Assembly: GCA_963809485.1 (NCBI GenBank)
Contig: CAWEJX010000007.1
Span: 160,001 to 224,000 of the forward strand
DNA from: an uncultured Acidobacteriota bacterium
GTDB taxonomy: Bacteria; Acidobacteriota; UBA6911
Direction of reading: 5' to 3'
Length of the DNA stretch: 64,000 bases
The notes below the pieces were generated by a model, which saw only the letters and a list, made by a program, of their open reading frames with translations, was not told where the DNA came from and ran no database searches. Below, one piece after another: positions 20,142-30,410 of this stretch. Position 1 is the stretch's first letter. Every line of letters starts with the position of its first letter. The position numbers and the translations under genes were made by a program.

Positions 20142-21812
20142 CTAACCAACCCTTAAGCTTCGATTGCCGGAATTTCGCAGACCTATCAGCTCCATTAGCC
20201 GGTCGATTTTACTGGCATATCCCTCTACGGCATCCTTCTGTTGAGCCGGTGACCAGCCTAACTCGCGGGCCATGACGGCTCCTACGGCCGGTGCAGCCGC
20301 CCTTGCTTGCTCCCAGGAAAAGAACTGTAGGCCCGTGCGCCGCGCAAGAATATCTTCAATTGCTGTTGCCATTTCCTCCCGGACGCCGTAAACCACTTCC
20401 GCCAGAACGGAAGCCGAACCTTCAACAATAGGTTCCTTAAGCCGGGGGTTGTGTTTCGTCAAGGCAAGGACCTCTTTAGCCGCGGTGCCGAACTTGTGCG
20501 ACAGGTGCCGAGCCGTCTCTCTGGAAATTCCGTAGTCTCGAACAAGTTCCTCCCAGAAATTCGGACTCCATTTCTCAGATCCAGTCAGTCGATGCTTGCT
20601 TGTAATGCAGGGCACCGCCGGCATCGCCAGGCGCTGCATAACCGTATTAATGGCATCTTCAGCCATCGCTCTGTAAGTGGTCCACTTGCCCCCAAGAACG
20701 CTGATGAGGCCGCTGGAGGAGTCTACTTCCACTTCATGATCGCGGATCAGCGCCTTGGTCCCGCGATCCCTGGCCGAGGCGACAAGAGGGCGCATACCGG
20801 CGAAGCCACTGACAATCTGATCCTTGCTCAACGGGCGTACCAGATATCGGTTCAGGTGTTTTAGCAGGTATTCGGCTTCTTCCTCTTTGACCACCATTTC
20901 ATCCTGCAGCGTGGCTTCCGTGTCGGTCGTGCCCACCAACAACCGCCCCAACCAGGGAATGGCAAAAATCACGCGTCCATCGTCGGTCTTTGGCACCAGC
21001 AGCGCATCTTCACTGGCTATCGCATTGATGGGCAGGAGAATGTGGCTTCCTTTGCTCAGTCTTAGACGCCGTCTTACGCCAGGTCCTGCGAGTTCGCGAA
21101 TGCTATCCGCGAATGGACCTGTCGCATTAATAAAAGCCCGGGCTTGCACATCGATATAATTATCGGAAAGACCGTCCTGGACTCGGGCTTGGACCAATTG
21201 GCCATTGCCGCTCTTTTTAAAGCCAACGACTCTCGCGTAGTTGAGTGCCTCACCGCCTGATTTTGTAAATGTTTGAAGGAGGGCAAGGTTATACCTGGCG
21301 TCGTCGAATTGTCCATCCGCATAGGAAATAGCGCCCACGAGCCTGTCCGATATCAGCATCGGCATTCGGCTAAGCGACTCCTCCTTGGAAAGATGGCGAC
21401 TCTGGAACAGAAGGTTACGGCCGGAAATCCAGTCATACAGCTTCATGCCGATACGAAAGTAGTAAATATCGAACCAGCCGAAGCAAGGCACCATGAGTTC
21501 TAAGGGATTCGCTAGAAAAGGAGCATTGTCGAGCATTATTTTTCGCTCGCGCAAGGCTCGTTTTACGACATTATATTGCCCCAGGTCACGCTCCGATATT
21601 GCCTGTTCCAGGTAGCGCACACCGCCATGAATTAGCTTCGTAGAACTGCTGGAAGTTGAGCATGCGAAGTCTCCCGCCTCGACCAAAACGGTTCTGAGCC
21701 CCCGCAGTTGGGCATCCAAAGCGCATCCTGACCCTGTCGCCCCTCCGCCAATCACGCACAAATCGAAGCTATTTTTATCAATTTCCTTTAGCGCCACGGC
21801 TCGATTTCTCAA
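20142..21812 (-). CDS. glpD: FAD-dependent glycerol-3-phosphate dehydrogenase
   Basis: IGGGATG, STKLIHGGVRYL, GGKWTTYRAMAE. Confidence 0.95.
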   Translation of the reverse strand: MRNRAVALKEIDKNSFDLCVIGGGATGSGCALDAQLRGLRTVLVEAGDFACSTSSSSTKLIHGGVRYLEQAISERDLGQYNVVKRALRERKIMLDNAPFLANPLELMVPCFGWFDIYYFRIGMKLYDWISGRNLLFQSRHLSKEESLSRMPMLISDRLVGAISYADGQFDDARYNLALLQTFTKSGGEALNYARVVGFKKSGNGQLVQARVQDGLSDNYIDVQARAFINATGPFADSIRELAGPGVRRRLRLSKGSHILLPINAIASEDALLVPKTDDGRVIFAIPWLGRLLVGTTDTEATLQDEMVVKEEEAEYLLKHLNRYLVRPLSKDQIVSGFAGMRPLVASARDRGTKALIRDHEVEVDSSSGLISVLGGKWTTYRAMAEDAINTVMQRLAMPAVPCITSKHRLTGSEKWSPNFWEELVRDYGISRETARHLSHKFGTAAKEVLALTKHNPRLKEPIVEGSASVLAEVVYGVREEMATAIEDILARRTGLQFFSWEQARAAAPAVGAVMARELGWSPAQQKDAVEGYASKIDRLMELIGLRNSGNRSLRVG

Positions 21813-22186
21813 TGGATTCTCCTGGACCCTTCAGCAAAACCCGACCAGAACTGACGCTTGAAAGTGAACCGGTTTTGGGGGCGGTATGGCGCGCAAGTCA
21901 CTTTTGTCATTGGCAGCAGTTATCGAGACGCCTGTGAAAACGATAATAGTGCTTACCGAGATTGTATCCGTGAAAACACCATGTGTACTTATGGCCTCAG
22001 GAAACCGGTCGCAACGGCTATCGCGATTGCGGCCAAACACATTCAGGAAAAAGGAATCGCGATTTAAGACTTTGTTATCACTGATGATTGGCAATCCATT
22101 GGCCAATAGCCGGTCAGAATAGTCGAATTCAAATACCTGCTCGCTTTCAGATTTCCTGTTTGAAATTAGCCGGGTTTAGTCGGCAT

Positions 22187-22242
22187 AAAAAAAGCCCCGA
22201 TAAATGGACCACCACAATCGAGTGGATCATTTATCGGGGCTT
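22187..22242 (-). terminator. Intrinsic terminator upstream of glpD, probable GlpP attenuator
   Basis: 15-bp stem AAGCCCCGATAAATG/CATTTATCGGGGCTT with a U7 tract on the minus strand. Confidence 0.75.
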
Positions 22243-22540
22243 CTCTTAGGTCTCTAGCCCGTAAAAAGGCAATTCTAGCAAAACGCGCATCTTCACATCA
22301 ATCTAATTCTAATTCCCTAATCCCGCATAGCCTCAACCCAAAAGCTTGGCTTTATAAAAAGGCATTCAATTTAGAAACAAAGATTTCATTGATGCTCTAA
22401 TAATCCGTAATTATGGTGCGGGCATTTCGCAGCGTTTCCAGGCGAATACTGCAGCCAACAACGCAGCGATCCTTTTCGTGCGTTCAATTCTCCCTGCATC
22501 TTCGATGCGCCGAAGCGGATATTCCCGACAGCCGGCTCTA

Positions 22541-23269
22541 TCAATAACGGAATATCATGGCGCTGGCCGCACCGATGGCGCCCCCGATCAATGGAGCAAT
22601 GATTGGGATCAGAGCATAGCCCCAATCCGACTTGCCCTTCCCAGCAATCGGCAAAACGAAATGCGCCAGCCGTGGACCAAAATCGCGCGCTGGGTTCATG
22701 GCATATCCCGTGGGACCGCCAAGCGATAACCCAAGCCCCCAGACCAAAAGCCCCCAAAGATATGGGGCAAACCCGGGGGGAAGCCCGTTCGGAGCAACCG
22801 AGGATGCAGTGAATGCAAACCCCACTCCGACGAGCGTGCACGTGGCGATGATTTCGGTCATGGCATTGGACGGAAGGCTCCGAATCGCCGGTGCCGTGCA
22901 AAAGATTCCAAGCTTCGCCGCCTCGTCGGGGGTTTCTTTCCAGTGCGGCAGGTAAGCAAGCCAGACCAGCACGCCGCCAGCGAAACCACCCAGAATTTGT
23001 GCTATAGAGAACGGAACGAAGTTTGCCCAGCTATGCGATGTGAGCGCTACTGCCAGAGTAACTGCGGGATTGATATGCGCACCGGGGCTTCCGCAGGCGA
23101 CGGCCGTAAAAATGCCCGCAGTGACTCCCAGCCCCCACCCCGTTGCTATAACAATCCAGCCTGATCCCTCACCCTTGGATTTTTTCAGCAGAACATTGGC
23201 CACGACTCCGTCACCAAACAGAATCAAGACCATCGTCCCCATAAATTCCCCGAATAGTGGTCCGTGCAT
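22541..23269 (-). CDS. glpF: Glycerol uptake facilitator (aquaglyceroporin)
   Basis: HINPAVT and AMNPARD. Confidence 0.95.
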   Translation of the reverse strand: MHGPLFGEFMGTMVLILFGDGVVANVLLKKSKGEGSGWIVIATGWGLGVTAGIFTAVACGSPGAHINPAVTLAVALTSHSWANFVPFSIAQILGGFAGGVLVWLAYLPHWKETPDEAAKLGIFCTAPAIRSLPSNAMTEIIATCTLVGVGFAFTASSVAPNGLPPGFAPYLWGLLVWGLGLSLGGPTGYAMNPARDFGPRLAHFVLPIAGKGKSDWGYALIPIIAPLIGGAIGAASAMIFRY

Positions 23270-23519
23270 ACTTACCCCATCCCTTGGTTATTTCTCTGTG
23301 AATGTGATTTTACACTTCGGGGCTTTTTCCCATTTTCCCGAAAATCCGGCAGCGGCTCCGGCTCAAAATTTATCATGGTCGTCAGGTGCGCTTTCGGATG
23401 TCGCACATTGTATCACGATGCTCGAAATACATCGCCGGTGATTTCAATGCTCCTAAAGCCAAAAATATTGCGGATTCCACCGACCAGGTCCGTGACAATC
23501 CGCGGAATCCTTGGACAGC

Positions 23520-23852
23520 CTACCGGAAGAGAAGCGGCGCAAAATCGCACAGGTTCTTGCGCCAGATATCCCAAACATGCCCGCCGGTGCCCTGGATAAA
23601 AGTGTGGTTGATTATATTTCCTGAACACGTCCGCCATAGCCAGGTTATTTTTATATGCGACATCCTCCGGTCCGCCGCATGGGATCCAGATCAGTTGGGT
23701 CTCTTTGTTGAGGATCGGGTTAGTGAGCCTGTCACTGTGATTCTTGAGAAGATCCTCTCGAAACGGGTCGAACCAGCCCGAGCTGAAGGTGCCGTATTAG
23801 GCAAAAGATCCCGGTCTCTGGAGCATGGTATTCAGCATCCACAGGCCGCCCA
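23520..23852 (-). pseudogene. Degraded C-terminus of an alpha/beta-hydrolase esterase
   Basis: Hand translation FA*YGTFSSG...IWIPCGGPED...[frameshift]...GGHVWDIWRKNLCDFAPLLFR*. Confidence 0.65.
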
Positions 23853-24278
23853 AGGGTTACCGTTTCTATGAACATTGCCTGTTGATTGTGGGGTCCTTCA
23901 CATCCTGCCACAACCTGTAAAGATCTGGCAGAAACCTTGGGAACGTTGATACTTCCGCCCTGTCGTGCGCTTTCCAGATCTCAGAAAGGCCGGGAGGACC
24001 TGGGCCTGGGAATCGGCTTTCCTCTCAACGCGGGACAACCTTTGTCCGCAATCACGCAAAGCATATTCTGGCTACCGATTTTGGGGTGGCGGTAACGGAT
24101 GAATTTTAAAAACCGGGGGTAATGTCTCCTATCGGCTCTATAACTTCAATCGACCCCATGGAGCCCATGACGGTCTTTCCCCATATGAAGCTTTGAAAAA
24201 TATGTTAGGATATCTGCAAATTTGTCCCATGGGGTCCGGAATATTACACTGAAATAATTTCAATTAGGAGAGTTTGCC

Positions 24279-25763
24279 ATGAAATTATCAAAAGAAGTGC
24301 TAAACAGGATAACCCGGAGAGAATTCGTCAAGAATACGGCAATAAAGGGAACGGCGGCCTTTGCTATTGGTGCGGGAGGTATGGCGATTCCAGCGTCAGC
24401 CCAATCCGCCAAGTCGACACAGATATCTGGTAAGACAATCAGGGAAGCCGCCCGTGAGACAAAGGTGTGCCGTACAGCTGATGTTGTGGTCGTGGGCGGC
24501 GGACCCGGTGGCATCGGCGCGGCTTTGGCCGCAGCAAGGAGCGGCGCAGACACGGTTCTTATTGAGAGATATGAGCACCTGGGCGGTATGGGCACAGGCG
24601 GACTGGTCACCATCATACCCGCCATGACCGATGTTAACGGCAAACAAGTGATTGCCGGAATTACTCAGGAGTGGATCAAGAGGCTGGATGCCAGGGGAGC
24701 GGCTGATTACCCGAAGAAGGAGCATTGGGGTTCAACCGACAAAAAACTTGTTGAGTATTATAAAAACCGTTCCCCATTTTATGCCACAGGCAACAGGGTA
24801 GGATATTCTGCGCACATCGATGCGGAGATATCAAAGTGTCTATTCCAGGACATGATGAAAGAAGCAAATGTTAAGACATATCTCCATTCATGGGGGACTG
24901 AGCCCATCATGGAGGGCAACAAGGCCAAGGGTGTCATCTTTGAGAGCAAATCAGGCAGACAGGCGGTGCTGGCAAAGGTTGTTATCGACTCCACCGGCGA
25001 TGGGGACCTGTTGCCCTATACAGGGGCAGCCTTTGAGACCCAAATCGATAAAACCCTGAGGATGTCAAACCTCTCCTTTTCATACTGGATAGATAACGTT
25101 AATCTGCAAAAATATCAGAATTACAAAAAATCCAATGCCAATGAACTGGCCGAAAAGATGCGCGAAGTCAGAAAACTTGGCGGAACACCCGGATTTCTGA
25201 CCAGCAATCTGAAAAACCAGGAGAATGTGGTCTGGTGCTTTCCCCGATACGCAAATAAATCTCAGTACGATGTCGAGGAGCTTACACGGGTAGAGTTTTT
25301 AGGACGTAAAGAGATGTTGATAACACACGATTTTTACATGAAGAATATTCCCGGTTTTGAGAAGAGCTTCATAGTTCTGTCAAATTCGCAGCTCGGCACC
25401 CGCGGCGGCAGACGGGTTGTTGGCGATTACGTTGTCAGTGAAAAAGACATGAAAGCAAAGGATCCTTTTAAGGACACCATTGCCGTATTCCCTAATATGG
25501 ATGAAAAAAATCCTTTGATGTACATGCCCTACCGCTGTCTGATACCGCGCAATGTTAACAATATGCTTGTTGCCTGCCGGGCGTTTTCATCAGATGCTGT
25601 TACCAATGACTCTTTCAACTTAATCCACCATTGTGTCTGCCTTGGGCAGGCAGCTGGAACTGCGGCGGCTCAGTCTATAAGCAGTGGCGTGGATCTCAGA
25701 AAAGTTGATGTAAAGGCTTTGCAGGCCAGCCTTAAGAAGCAGGGCGTAGTCCTGCCGGGTTAG
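24279..25763 (+). CDS. Tat-exported FAD-dependent oxidoreductase
   Basis: TRREFVK, VVGGGPGG, IDSTGDGD, PYRCLIP, GQAAGTAAA. Confidence 0.9.
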   Translation: MKLSKEVLNRITRREFVKNTAIKGTAAFAIGAGGMAIPASAQSAKSTQISGKTIREAARETKVCRTADVVVVGGGPGGIGAALAAARSGADTVLIERYEHLGGMGTGGLVTIIPAMTDVNGKQVIAGITQEWIKRLDARGAADYPKKEHWGSTDKKLVEYYKNRSPFYATGNRVGYSAHIDAEISKCLFQDMMKEANVKTYLHSWGTEPIMEGNKAKGVIFESKSGRQAVLAKVVIDSTGDGDLLPYTGAAFETQIDKTLRMSNLSFSYWIDNVNLQKYQNYKKSNANELAEKMREVRKLGGTPGFLTSNLKNQENVVWCFPRYANKSQYDVEELTRVEFLGRKEMLITHDFYMKNIPGFEKSFIVLSNSQLGTRGGRRVVGDYVVSEKDMKAKDPFKDTIAVFPNMDEKNPLMYMPYRCLIPRNVNNMLVACRAFSSDAVTNDSFNLIHHCVCLGQAAGTAAAQSISSGVDLRKVDVKALQASLKKQGVVLPG

Positions 25764-25875
25764 TTATTGTTTTAGTTTTTGAAGAACCCTATTAGAGAAG
25801 AATTTTAAGTATAAGAACGAACCACTCCACCATGAGCGGAGGAACGGTTCTGGTGGAGTGGAGGGTTTTTACGGA

Positions 25876-27078
25876 ATGAAAAATAAAGGGCGCCTGTATG
25901 TGAGGTTGGGCTGCTTTTTGCTGGCAACTCTCTTGCTATTGCCCTTCCCATTCTGGATCAATAGCTCCAGAATATTTGTTCAATCAAGCTCCTTTATCAC
26001 AATAGGTACAATCCTGGCAGGTGGAACAATCTGGGTGGGATCGATCCTGGGTTTGGCTTTCTCCGTGGTATCGCTGGCACGGAAGAGGTGGTTCTGCCGC
26101 TATATATGCCCGGTCGGCCTGCTCCTTGATACTGTTTCAGGCGTGAAATTACCAGGTAGGATCTGGTGGAAGCGCTTTCCTCCCCTAGGCAAATACATCG
26201 TTTTAATAACTGCCGCCGGTGCAATCTTTGGTTATCCGCTCTTCTTGTGGATGGACCCATTGGCGTTCCTGAACAATGCCTTTTCAGCCTATAAAGCAAC
26301 GGGTGTCCTGTCTGTTATAGTCTCCCTGTCTGGCATAGTTGTACTTCTTTTTTTGACGATAACTTCGGGTGACTTCTGGTGTGCCCGTATATGCCCTCTA
26401 GGTGCCACGCAAGACATCCTGGGAAATATCGGATCTTTTCGCGGAAATTTCCGGAAGACAAACGGAACAGAATCTCGAGTAACAGCTGCGCCTGGAAATG
26501 CTTTTGCTGCAACGAGGAGAATGTTCATTGCAGCTGCAGCAGGCTTGGGATGCAGCCTGTTGGCACAAAAAATCGGTCAGGCAAGATCTGGAGATGCGCC
26601 ATTACGGCCGCCCGGCGCGATCAGAGAGGACAAGTTTACGGGGCTTTGCCTGCGATGCGGCAATTGCATACGCGCCTGTCCATCCAAGATTATTCATCCT
26701 GACAGGGGACAATCCGGAGTTCTTGGATTTATGTCGCCCGTCGTCCAGTATAAGACGGATTACTGCAAAAAAGAATGCAATGCCTGTACAACGGTATGCC
26801 CCAGTGGAGCCTTACAAAGATTGAACCTGGAGCGGAAGAACCGCTATATCATAGGAAAGGCCAGTGTGGACACCTCCCTGTGTCTATGGGGCGTTAGCGA
26901 GTGTCATGCTTGTTTAAAGCCCTGTCCCTATGAGGCAATTAAGGTTCAATGGAATGAAGAAGCCTACGAATCCTTCCCAGGCGTTGATCCTGCAAAATGT
27001 AATGGCTGCGGCGCCTGTGAGGCAGTATGTCCCACCGGAGATCTGAAAGCCATAAAAGTATGGAAAAAGAATGATTGA
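25876..27078 (+). CDS. Membrane polyferredoxin (NapH+NapG/MauM-like fusion)
   Basis: WFCRYICP, WCARICP, LRPPGA and several CxxCxxxCP-type motifs. Confidence 0.88.
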   Translation: MKNKGRLYVRLGCFLLATLLLLPFPFWINSSRIFVQSSSFITIGTILAGGTIWVGSILGLAFSVVSLARKRWFCRYICPVGLLLDTVSGVKLPGRIWWKRFPPLGKYIVLITAAGAIFGYPLFLWMDPLAFLNNAFSAYKATGVLSVIVSLSGIVVLLFLTITSGDFWCARICPLGATQDILGNIGSFRGNFRKTNGTESRVTAAPGNAFAATRRMFIAAAAGLGCSLLAQKIGQARSGDAPLRPPGAIREDKFTGLCLRCGNCIRACPSKIIHPDRGQSGVLGFMSPVVQYKTDYCKKECNACTTVCPSGALQRLNLERKNRYIIGKASVDTSLCLWGVSECHACLKPCPYEAIKVQWNEEAYESFPGVDPAKCNGCGACEAVCPTGDLKAIKVWKKND

Positions 27079-27183
27079 ATTATCCCGCCCTGGGCAGCGG
27101 GGTATCTGTAAAAGTGTAGTGCAGCGTTATAAACGCCGGTTCAAAAGTGTACTGGTATACTCTTAATATAAGAGCTTCGAATC

Positions 27184-27272
27184 CGCAGGAGGCGGCGTAT
27201 AGCGGATCCACCTGGCAAGCTCGGTAATGCCGATCCTCCATTCGTCCAGGGAGCATTTAAACTTCTGACTGA
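27184..27272 (-). pseudogene. Fragment of a homolog of the island gene at 45580-46365
   Basis: QKFKCSLDEWRIGITELARWIRYTPPP versus QKFKYSLDEWRSGIAELVKWIRYTPPP. Confidence 0.8.
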
Positions 27273-27306
27273 TGTTTGCAGCGCCGGCACACAGGATATT
27301 GCGGAG

Positions 27307-27626
27307 GACTCTTGTCCAAATTAGCTTTCGATTTCTAAGGGCCGGAGGCCCGGCAGATAATAGCCAGGGATGAGCGCAGCGAACCCCTGGTAGGAATTGG
27401 CAATAGAAAGAGCCTTGGAAGGATAGCATATAGTCTTTCGCCCTTCCCAGGGCTCTTTTCTTCGCCATAGGAACCAGGGATTCGCTCCGCTCATCCCTGG
27501 CTATTCTCTTTCCGCCCCTACCGGGGCTTGGTGCCAACCTCGTCCTTGCAGGGGCACTTCATGAGCCACAAGTTGACTGCTTTCAATGAGCCCTCTGTTT
27601 CCAATGGGCCAATTTGGACAGCACTG
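27307..27626. mobile_element. MITE, long copy, containing an inverted pair of REP-like palindromic units
   Basis: Ends GACTCTTGTCCAAATT / AATTTGGACAGCACTG; internal AATAGCCAGGGATGAGCG..CCCTGG units in opposite orientation; no TSD seen. Confidence 0.75.
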
Positions 27627-28089
27627 TCAAAATACGGCGTACGACGGCTTTAGCCAACGCAATAGAAAATCGGAAGCTTCAGATACTTGAATTTCTTTAT
27701 TGATGCCTTGACGGTCGATCCGTCATTCCACAAGAGGGAGATATTCCGGTCTGACGAGCAATCGGTGCCTGTGATTTGGATGCGAACGCTCGCGACCATG
27801 TGCTTTATATACTGCCTGCTGTCGGTCAGGCCGGTGATCGGGGTCACAAAGGCAGTCGAATTTCTTGTTTTATATTTCCTTTATACTCTTGCGCCGTCAT
27901 TTTTCTTGATAGGCGCCTTGATGAAAGCGAGCATGACCGCCGCATTGGAGGAGAGTTTGACGAGGGCGATCCCTTGCCGGCATGGCTCGAAGACCTGATA
28001 GCACCATATCAGATCGGTGCTGTCGGCGAGGCGGAGGGCTTTCCAATAGGATTCCCAGAGCATCGGGCCCAGGGATTGCCGGCAGATAG

Positions 28090-28202
28090 TGCAGGGCAAA
28101 TGCCTTGCGGCTGAGACCGCTGCACTGGAATTGTTCAACCATTTGCATCCGCTGATCCGCGGATGCTCGATATTGACGCCGGATTATGGCTATGTTTTCC
28201 AT
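28090..28202 (-). pseudogene. Possible IS66 TnpA-like N-terminal fragment
   Basis: QRMQMVEQFQCSGLSRKAFA resembles the TnpA HTH start. Confidence 0.4.
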
Positions 28203-28403
28203 GAACCCAGCGTAACGGATTGTGCAACGCTGCGGTAGCGGTAGATGTACCCGGCTTGCCGGTTACTTTTCAGTCCGTGCACTGGTATACATGAGGGTAT
28301 ATAAGAAGTGGGGGGTACCTCTGGGAGATTTGGTCCGGCGTGAAACTTCCACCGCCAGGGCTACCGATATTGCGGCACCTTTTGGATTGTCACTTTGGTT
28401 GGA

Positions 28404-28736
28404 CTATTTCCATTCCTTCCATGAATCCGGCTGATAGCCTACCGTCGCTTCACGGCCATTTCTTACTATAGGCGTCCTAAGAAGCATTGAGTCTTTGAGG
28501 AACTCCTCCTCGATATCGTGGATTAGATATTTCAGGTTTTTCTCCTCATATGCCTTGCCTTCCCGGTCAATGAGATTCTCAATGCCCACAGCTGCCTTAA
28601 TGCTGTTCAGTTCACCTTTGCTCAGCCCTTTTCGGGTGATATCCACGAACTGGAACGGGATGCGTCTTTCCTTGAAATATCGTTGAGCCTTCTTCGTGTC
28701 CTGGCACTTCAGTTTTCCGAAAATCTGGATATTCAT
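28404..28736 (-). CDS. ArsC/Spx/YffB family protein
   Basis: MNIQIFGKLKCQDTKKAQRYFKER, LLRTPIVR. Confidence 0.85.
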   Translation of the reverse strand: MNIQIFGKLKCQDTKKAQRYFKERRIPFQFVDITRKGLSKGELNSIKAAVGIENLIDREGKAYEEKNLKYLIHDIEEEFLKDSMLLRTPIVRNGREATVGYQPDSWKEWK

Positions 28737-28851
28737 GCCCATCTCCGAGAATCTTGTAGGAGTATTAAACAACAGGACGGGGCCTAAAAGCGACAACCCG
28801 CGATCGCCTTGTTATCTTTTTGGCTTTGGGATTTTCTTGGATTTCGGTAAG

Positions 28852-28907
28852 TTGATTTTATTGGTGGAGCTGGCGAGGATCGAACTCGCGACCTCCTGAC
28901 TGCCAGT
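28852..28907 (-). repeat. att site: duplicate of the tRNA-Ala 3' half
   Basis: 56 bp identical to 53392-53447. Confidence 0.95.
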
Positions 28908-29105
28908 TTTCAGCTAAGTGTTGAGCCCATTGAATATAAAGAATTTATAGCGGCACAACCCGGCACAGAGCGGCATTTTCGTGCAACAAATGCAACCCAG
29001 GCGCAACCAAGCGGGGGGGAGGTCGGAGCTCTTGCCAGGGTAGGTCCCGATTCCAGGGTCCCATTCCACATATGCACTATCGCAATTATTTTCGCCCGTA
29101 TTCCG
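28908..29105. repeat. Conserved element end, homologous to 36053-36225
   Basis: Shared AAGTGTTGAGCCCATTGAAT, AACCCGGCACAGAGCGGCA, ACAAATGCAACCCAGGCGCAACCAAG, CTTGCCAGGGTAGG. Confidence 0.9.
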
Positions 29106-29517
29106 TGATGCTTCTTCTATCGCATAACCCATAGATCCAATGGCGGTCTAGCAATGGTGTCGGGGCATGTAGGGAGATATTGCTGTGGGCGGATAGGTGG
29201 GCTGTAAGCCAAAACGGCAGCCAATGCGTCCGATCCTTCCCCGTTGAGATCCTTTACCAAAATACGGGAAATGTGTGAACTGCAGAGGCGTAGCGCAAAT
29301 TTACATGCTCGCAAAAAATCTGCAGCACCCGCCGATTTCGCGATGATGGCTATATCGGCATCGATGAAAGCGTTGGATCAGGCGCTAACACCGGATTCAG
29401 AGCGGCCTTGTCTTCAAAGCTTGCCCCGTGCATTGAACAGGTGCTTTTGGTTGTGAAACTCCGCACAGCCGCACTCCAATAGACCTCGATCAGACCCTCT
29501 TTTTTGCGCCTTTGCGA

Positions 29518-30021
29518 TTAGTAGGTTATGTTCCCCTCCGCCGCACATGTGTTTGTAACAGTAATTGTCCCAGCCACAGGATCTGTGGTAATGATCGGAG
29601 TGGAACACGATCCAGGAATTATTGTTCCGGATGCATCTTTGAACCTGCCTGTACCACCCGTTATGGTGAGAGTGCTTTCACCGTCCTGAAGGGTTGATTC
29701 ATAAAAGATTTGATCACCGTTAGCAGCGGTCATGAACCCACTTCCCCATGCATTTCCCGTTGACCAGTCAAGAAAACCGTTCCCTTCGAGCTGATATTTG
29801 CCGATGTGAGTGGCCACTCCCCAGCCTTGCGTGTGGACCGGGCGTATGTATTCTACGTCGGTTGGCAGATATATTGTTTCCGTACCGGTGAGCTGTGCTT
29901 TGAATGGCCGTTCCACCCGGTCTTTTGCTGTCAGAGATGCTGTTTGGCTAAAACAACAAATCGCCAAACCCAGCACAACATGTAACAATGCTCTACCTCT
30001 AATTGCTTTCAGGATTTTCAT
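29518..30021 (-). CDS. Hypothetical exported beta-rich protein
   Basis: GGAGGA RBS, signal-like N-terminus, ATHIGK..TAANGDQI..ITGGTGRF. Confidence 0.7.
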   Translation of the reverse strand: MKILKAIRGRALLHVVLGLAICCFSQTASLTAKDRVERPFKAQLTGTETIYLPTDVEYIRPVHTQGWGVATHIGKYQLEGNGFLDWSTGNAWGSGFMTAANGDQIFYESTLQDGESTLTITGGTGRFKDASGTIIPGSCSTPIITTDPVAGTITVTNTCAAEGNITY

Positions 30022-30410
30022 CGTCTCCTCCGTGAAAAGAATGATTTCTATTGCATCAAGCGTGAAATTTGGCCCGGAAGACTGCATTGGGGCCGCTATG
30101 CAACCTGGAAATCAGGCCCGCAATCCTCAAAATCAGTCTGATGGCCATGGCACCGTCCCTTTTAGGTCTGGGAGCCTCAAGTCTCTCGCTTGATTGTCCT
30201 ATGCATCCAAAATTCAAAGACTCCAACTTCAAGAATAAGTTGGATTTGCCAGCGTATTGCTATAAAATCATCCCTATAGGATTTTGGCAACTACGCCTAA
30301 CGGGGACAGAAACTGCCCCGGTTCACACGCCGTCCACTGTTAATAATGCGAAAATGGACCTTAAAAACTGTAAGGTTTTGGACGAATTTGCTGATCGTGA
30401 GAGAAAAACG

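Noticed and set aside
13756-27626. Composite transposon bounded by the two inverted MITE copies
   Set aside because: The left copy has its own TSD on both sides and the right flank at 27627 does not match it, so these are independent insertions
27650-28090. Two same-frame minus-strand ORF pieces separated by one TAA
   Set aside because: Possibly a pseudogene, but no family is recognisable, so it is not called
28862-28907. Additional tRNA genes at 28862, 36007 and 42551
   Set aside because: Only 3' portions are present; the D-arm and 5' acceptor strand are missing
30069-30410. 114-aa N-terminal extension of the ECF sigma in the ORF track
   Set aside because: It spans the divergent promoter region, and family similarity starts only near HEVTGLL
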